The translations under genes and the position numbers were made by a program. From Selaginella moellendorffii (Eukaryota > Plantae > Lycopodiophyta): DNA of 64,000 bases. The stretch is taken from contig NW_003314269.1 in assembly GCF_000143415.4 (NCBI RefSeq), positions 2,363,544-2,427,543 of the forward strand, in the 5' to 3' direction. Each line of letters starts with the position of its first letter. The stretch's first letter is position 1. Under the pieces are notes generated by a model. That model searched no databases, was not told the origin of the DNA, and saw only the letters and a list, made by a program, of their open reading frames with translations. Below, piece after piece: positions 61,501-64,000 of the stretch.

Positions 61501-63238
61501 AACACAGCAAATATGCCCAGTCGCGACCTGTCGAACGCTGTGAAAAAGATGCAAAGAGTTGACCCTACATGCCAGGCACCTTCAATTTCTGATTGACTTC
61601 GCAGGAAGCTTTCCGCAATGACTACGCCACTGATTAACAAAGAACTGAGATCAACTCTACCGAGCACTACATACCTTAGGATGAAAATAACGGTATTTGC
61701 AAAGTATGCAATGATGGTCCTGTAAAATTAATTGTGGAATAAGAAGCCTTCATTGTTTTTAATGTAATATGGTTTTAGTCGCAATACCAAAAGCAATGCA
61801 TACTCTGTTGGTTTTCACCTTTGAAAGCAGCCCTCCCAAACGCTGCAAATAACCTGATAAGTTGGATCGCATAAATAGTTAGAAGAAAACAATGTTCGAA
61901 GATCTCACTTACATGCCAACCGTCATGACTGCCAGCACTCCAGAAACACCAGCAACATGCTGAGCCTATTTCCACATAAAACACGGACTGAGTACATTGC
62001 AGCAGCGAAGATGCAAACAATCAAAAAACATACTATGAAGAACGCACAATAACTTGCTGTGAAAGTCAGCGTGATTTCTATAACGGTATCGTTAAACATG
62101 ATCCCGAGCCAAAAGATCGACAGCATTCCAAAAGTCATGCCCAGAGCCACGCTGCAGCAACGAGAAACAAGTAAGAGAAAACACAAAACAATTCATCTCT
62201 TCGCACTTACGATCCCAATGCAACTTGAGACAAGAATTTGCAAATGTCGCCAGCAGAGAAATGTTTCCCGAGCACCATTTGATGGAAAAGCTCAAACACC
62301 ACCATTGCTGTTCTGCATCCCAACAAAATTCACGAAAACACATGAGCAACTGATGAGAAAAGCTGAAGGTACAAACCCATCGTTCATCAATGCTTCCCCC
62401 TCAATTATCGTGCTCAGTTTTTTGCTTGCCTTCACATCTCTGAGAAGAGAGACAACCGCTACAGGATCCGTGGCACTGAGAAGCCCTCCCAGTAATAAGG
62501 ACACACTCCAGCTCCATCCATAAGGAAGAATAAACTAAACAACCACAACACTGTGAAACGATAGTAAACTCTTAAAAAACGTGAGGAAGAGGTCTTACGT
62601 GGCTGAAAAGCCCCAGACAAAATGTTGAAATGACCACTCCAGGGCCCGCGAGGAGTACCATCTGTAACAAGCATCTCTATCTCCAGGCAAAGAGCAAAAC
62701 AAAACAGGAGAAGATTGCAAAAGTTTGATCCAGTTCACGAGAAAGATGGCTTCTCGCGTACCTTGATTTGATGGACTTCCATGGAAAACGAGCTCTCGAA
62801 AAGAAGAGCCGGCAAGAACACGTAGAGAATGAGATTGGGATGAATGTTCGACCCTGCGAAAGAGATTGAAAACCATACAAAGAAAAAAAGAGACAATGGA
62901 GGAGCTTACACAAGCGAATGCTATGGCCGAGAGATCCCAGGCCCCGTTGAGTTCCATATTCTAGGTGGAAAACCATAGCAACAAGAGATAGATTGTGAAG
63001 AGAAAGAAGACATCGATCGATTACCCAGAGCGCCCAGCCCCATTCCAATCACCAGCAGCGCCACAGTGTACGGAACCTTGGTCTTGTGCAAGATTTGCCT
63101 CGACACCGTCCCAATCGCCAGCGACACGACGACGAAGAGAATCGCCGTCTCCGGCCCCCATTTCTCGATCGCAGAGGGCGGATTTTCGGCGTCCAATGCT
63201 GCGACGTTCAATCGCGATCCCGTGGTGATCGCTGCCAT
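58561..63238 (-). CDS. SOS1: Plasma-membrane Na+/H+ antiporter SOS1/NHX7, multi-exon
   Basis: VPYTVALL, SATDPVAVV, EGEALMNDG, WSGLRGAVAL, a cNMP-like region and the C-terminal SSGDEEEEHIVQIESPS regulatory motif. Confidence 0.95.
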
Positions 63239-63277
63239 CTCCAAACTCTCTTGAGACCATACAAGCTAGCTAGCAAG

Positions 63278-63285
63278 AACCCTAA
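63278..63285 (+). promoter_or_regulatory. Telo-box AACCCTAA in the SOS1/PPR divergent intergenic region
   Basis: Exact motif between the two divergent start codons. Confidence 0.45.
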
Positions 63286-63351
63286 AATATTTTTGATTAA
63301 TGCGCTCTTGCCGGCTATGGCGATGGCGGCGATGACGACTAAGGCGCTGGA

Positions 63352-64000
63352 ATGGCGCTCTCCCTGGCGGCGCTGGCTCGACGGACCTCGGCTGCCACTC
63401 TCGATGCGGCGATTCTCAGGTTCTTATCCTCCTCCGCTGCTAGGTTCTCCACTCCATCGCCGCCCCGGATTTCCAAGACTCTACCCAATCTCGACGCCAT
63501 CGCTGCCGCATTGCGAAGCAGCCAGCACGGGGAGGTGCTGACGCACATCGGCGGACGCCTCACGCTCTTCCTCTTCCTCAAGGTGATTCGCAGCCTCAGG
63601 GACGCCGATGCGTGGGTGATCTTCTTCGACTGGGCTGGCGCACAGCAGGGATTCCTCCACAAGCCAGTCACTTGCAATGCGCTGCTCGATTTGCTCGAGA
63701 GAGCTCGCCGGAGCGAGCAGATTGTGGTGGTCTTTGGGAGGATCTTCTCGCAGGACTGCAAGCCCAACGCTCTCAGCTACTGCTACCTGGTGAAAGCCCT
63801 GTGTAGGACGGGAAAGATCGACAAGGCGTGTAGCACCATAGCCGAGATGGCCAGGGAGAAGCTGGTCCCGGATGTTTTCACGTACAACGTGGTGATAGAC
63901 ACACTCTGCAAAGCACGGAGGATCTCTCGAGCGATCGAGTTCTTCGAGACAATGCCCGAGCCGGATGTGGTCACCTACAACACGCTGCTTGGTGGGCTCT
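63352..64000 (+). CDS. P-class PPR protein with a mitochondrial-type transit peptide (partial, runs off the window)
   Basis: Manual translation MALSLAALARRTSAA...FFDWAGAQQGFLHKPVTCNALL...PDVFTYNVVIDTLCKARR...PDVVTYNTLLGGL. Confidence 0.9.
   Translation, partial: MALSLAALARRTSAATLDAAILRFLSSSAARFSTPSPPRISKTLPNLDAIAAALRSSQHGEVLTHIGGRLTLFLFLKVIRSLRDADAWVIFFDWAGAQQGFLHKPVTCNALLDLLERARRSEQIVVVFGRIFSQDCKPNALSYCYLVKALCRTGKIDKACSTIAEMAREKLVPDVFTYNVVIDTLCKARRISRAIEFFETMPEPDVVTYNTLLGGL

Overview
Gene-dense plant nuclear DNA with very short (~45-70 nt) GT-AG introns and several PPR genes. This style suggests the lycophyte Selaginella, but that is an inference and not a database result. Host genes in order: PLS-class PPR (partial), starch branching enzyme, CYP71-clan P450, a damaged HDR/IspH copy, GAPN (ALDH11), a 2OG-Fe(II) dioxygenase, a PPR-E gene, a dirigent protein, a C2-like/TM/LysM protein, GLE1, LPAT4/5, two LEA_2 (NHL-like) genes, a DBP2-like DEAD-box helicase, SOS1 and a P-class PPR (partial). 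Two transposon islands interrupt the genes. The first is a head-to-tail Helitron array (14.6-25.7 kb). The second is a nested LTR cluster (37.5-50.7 kb), in which an older short-LTR Ty3/gypsy element carries a young chromovirus and a 595-bp TRIM. Most notable observations: (1) the young chromovirus has intact LTRs and TSD, yet its integrase is split by two spliceosomal-type mini-introns, and a third candidate intron after the zinc knuckle would give a Gag-only mRNA; (2) the TRIM has 5S rRNA sequence in its LTRs (Cassandra-like), and its LTR end, PBS and PPT resemble those of the chromovirus, a candidate autonomous partner. All translations, splice models and mismatch counts were done by eye.
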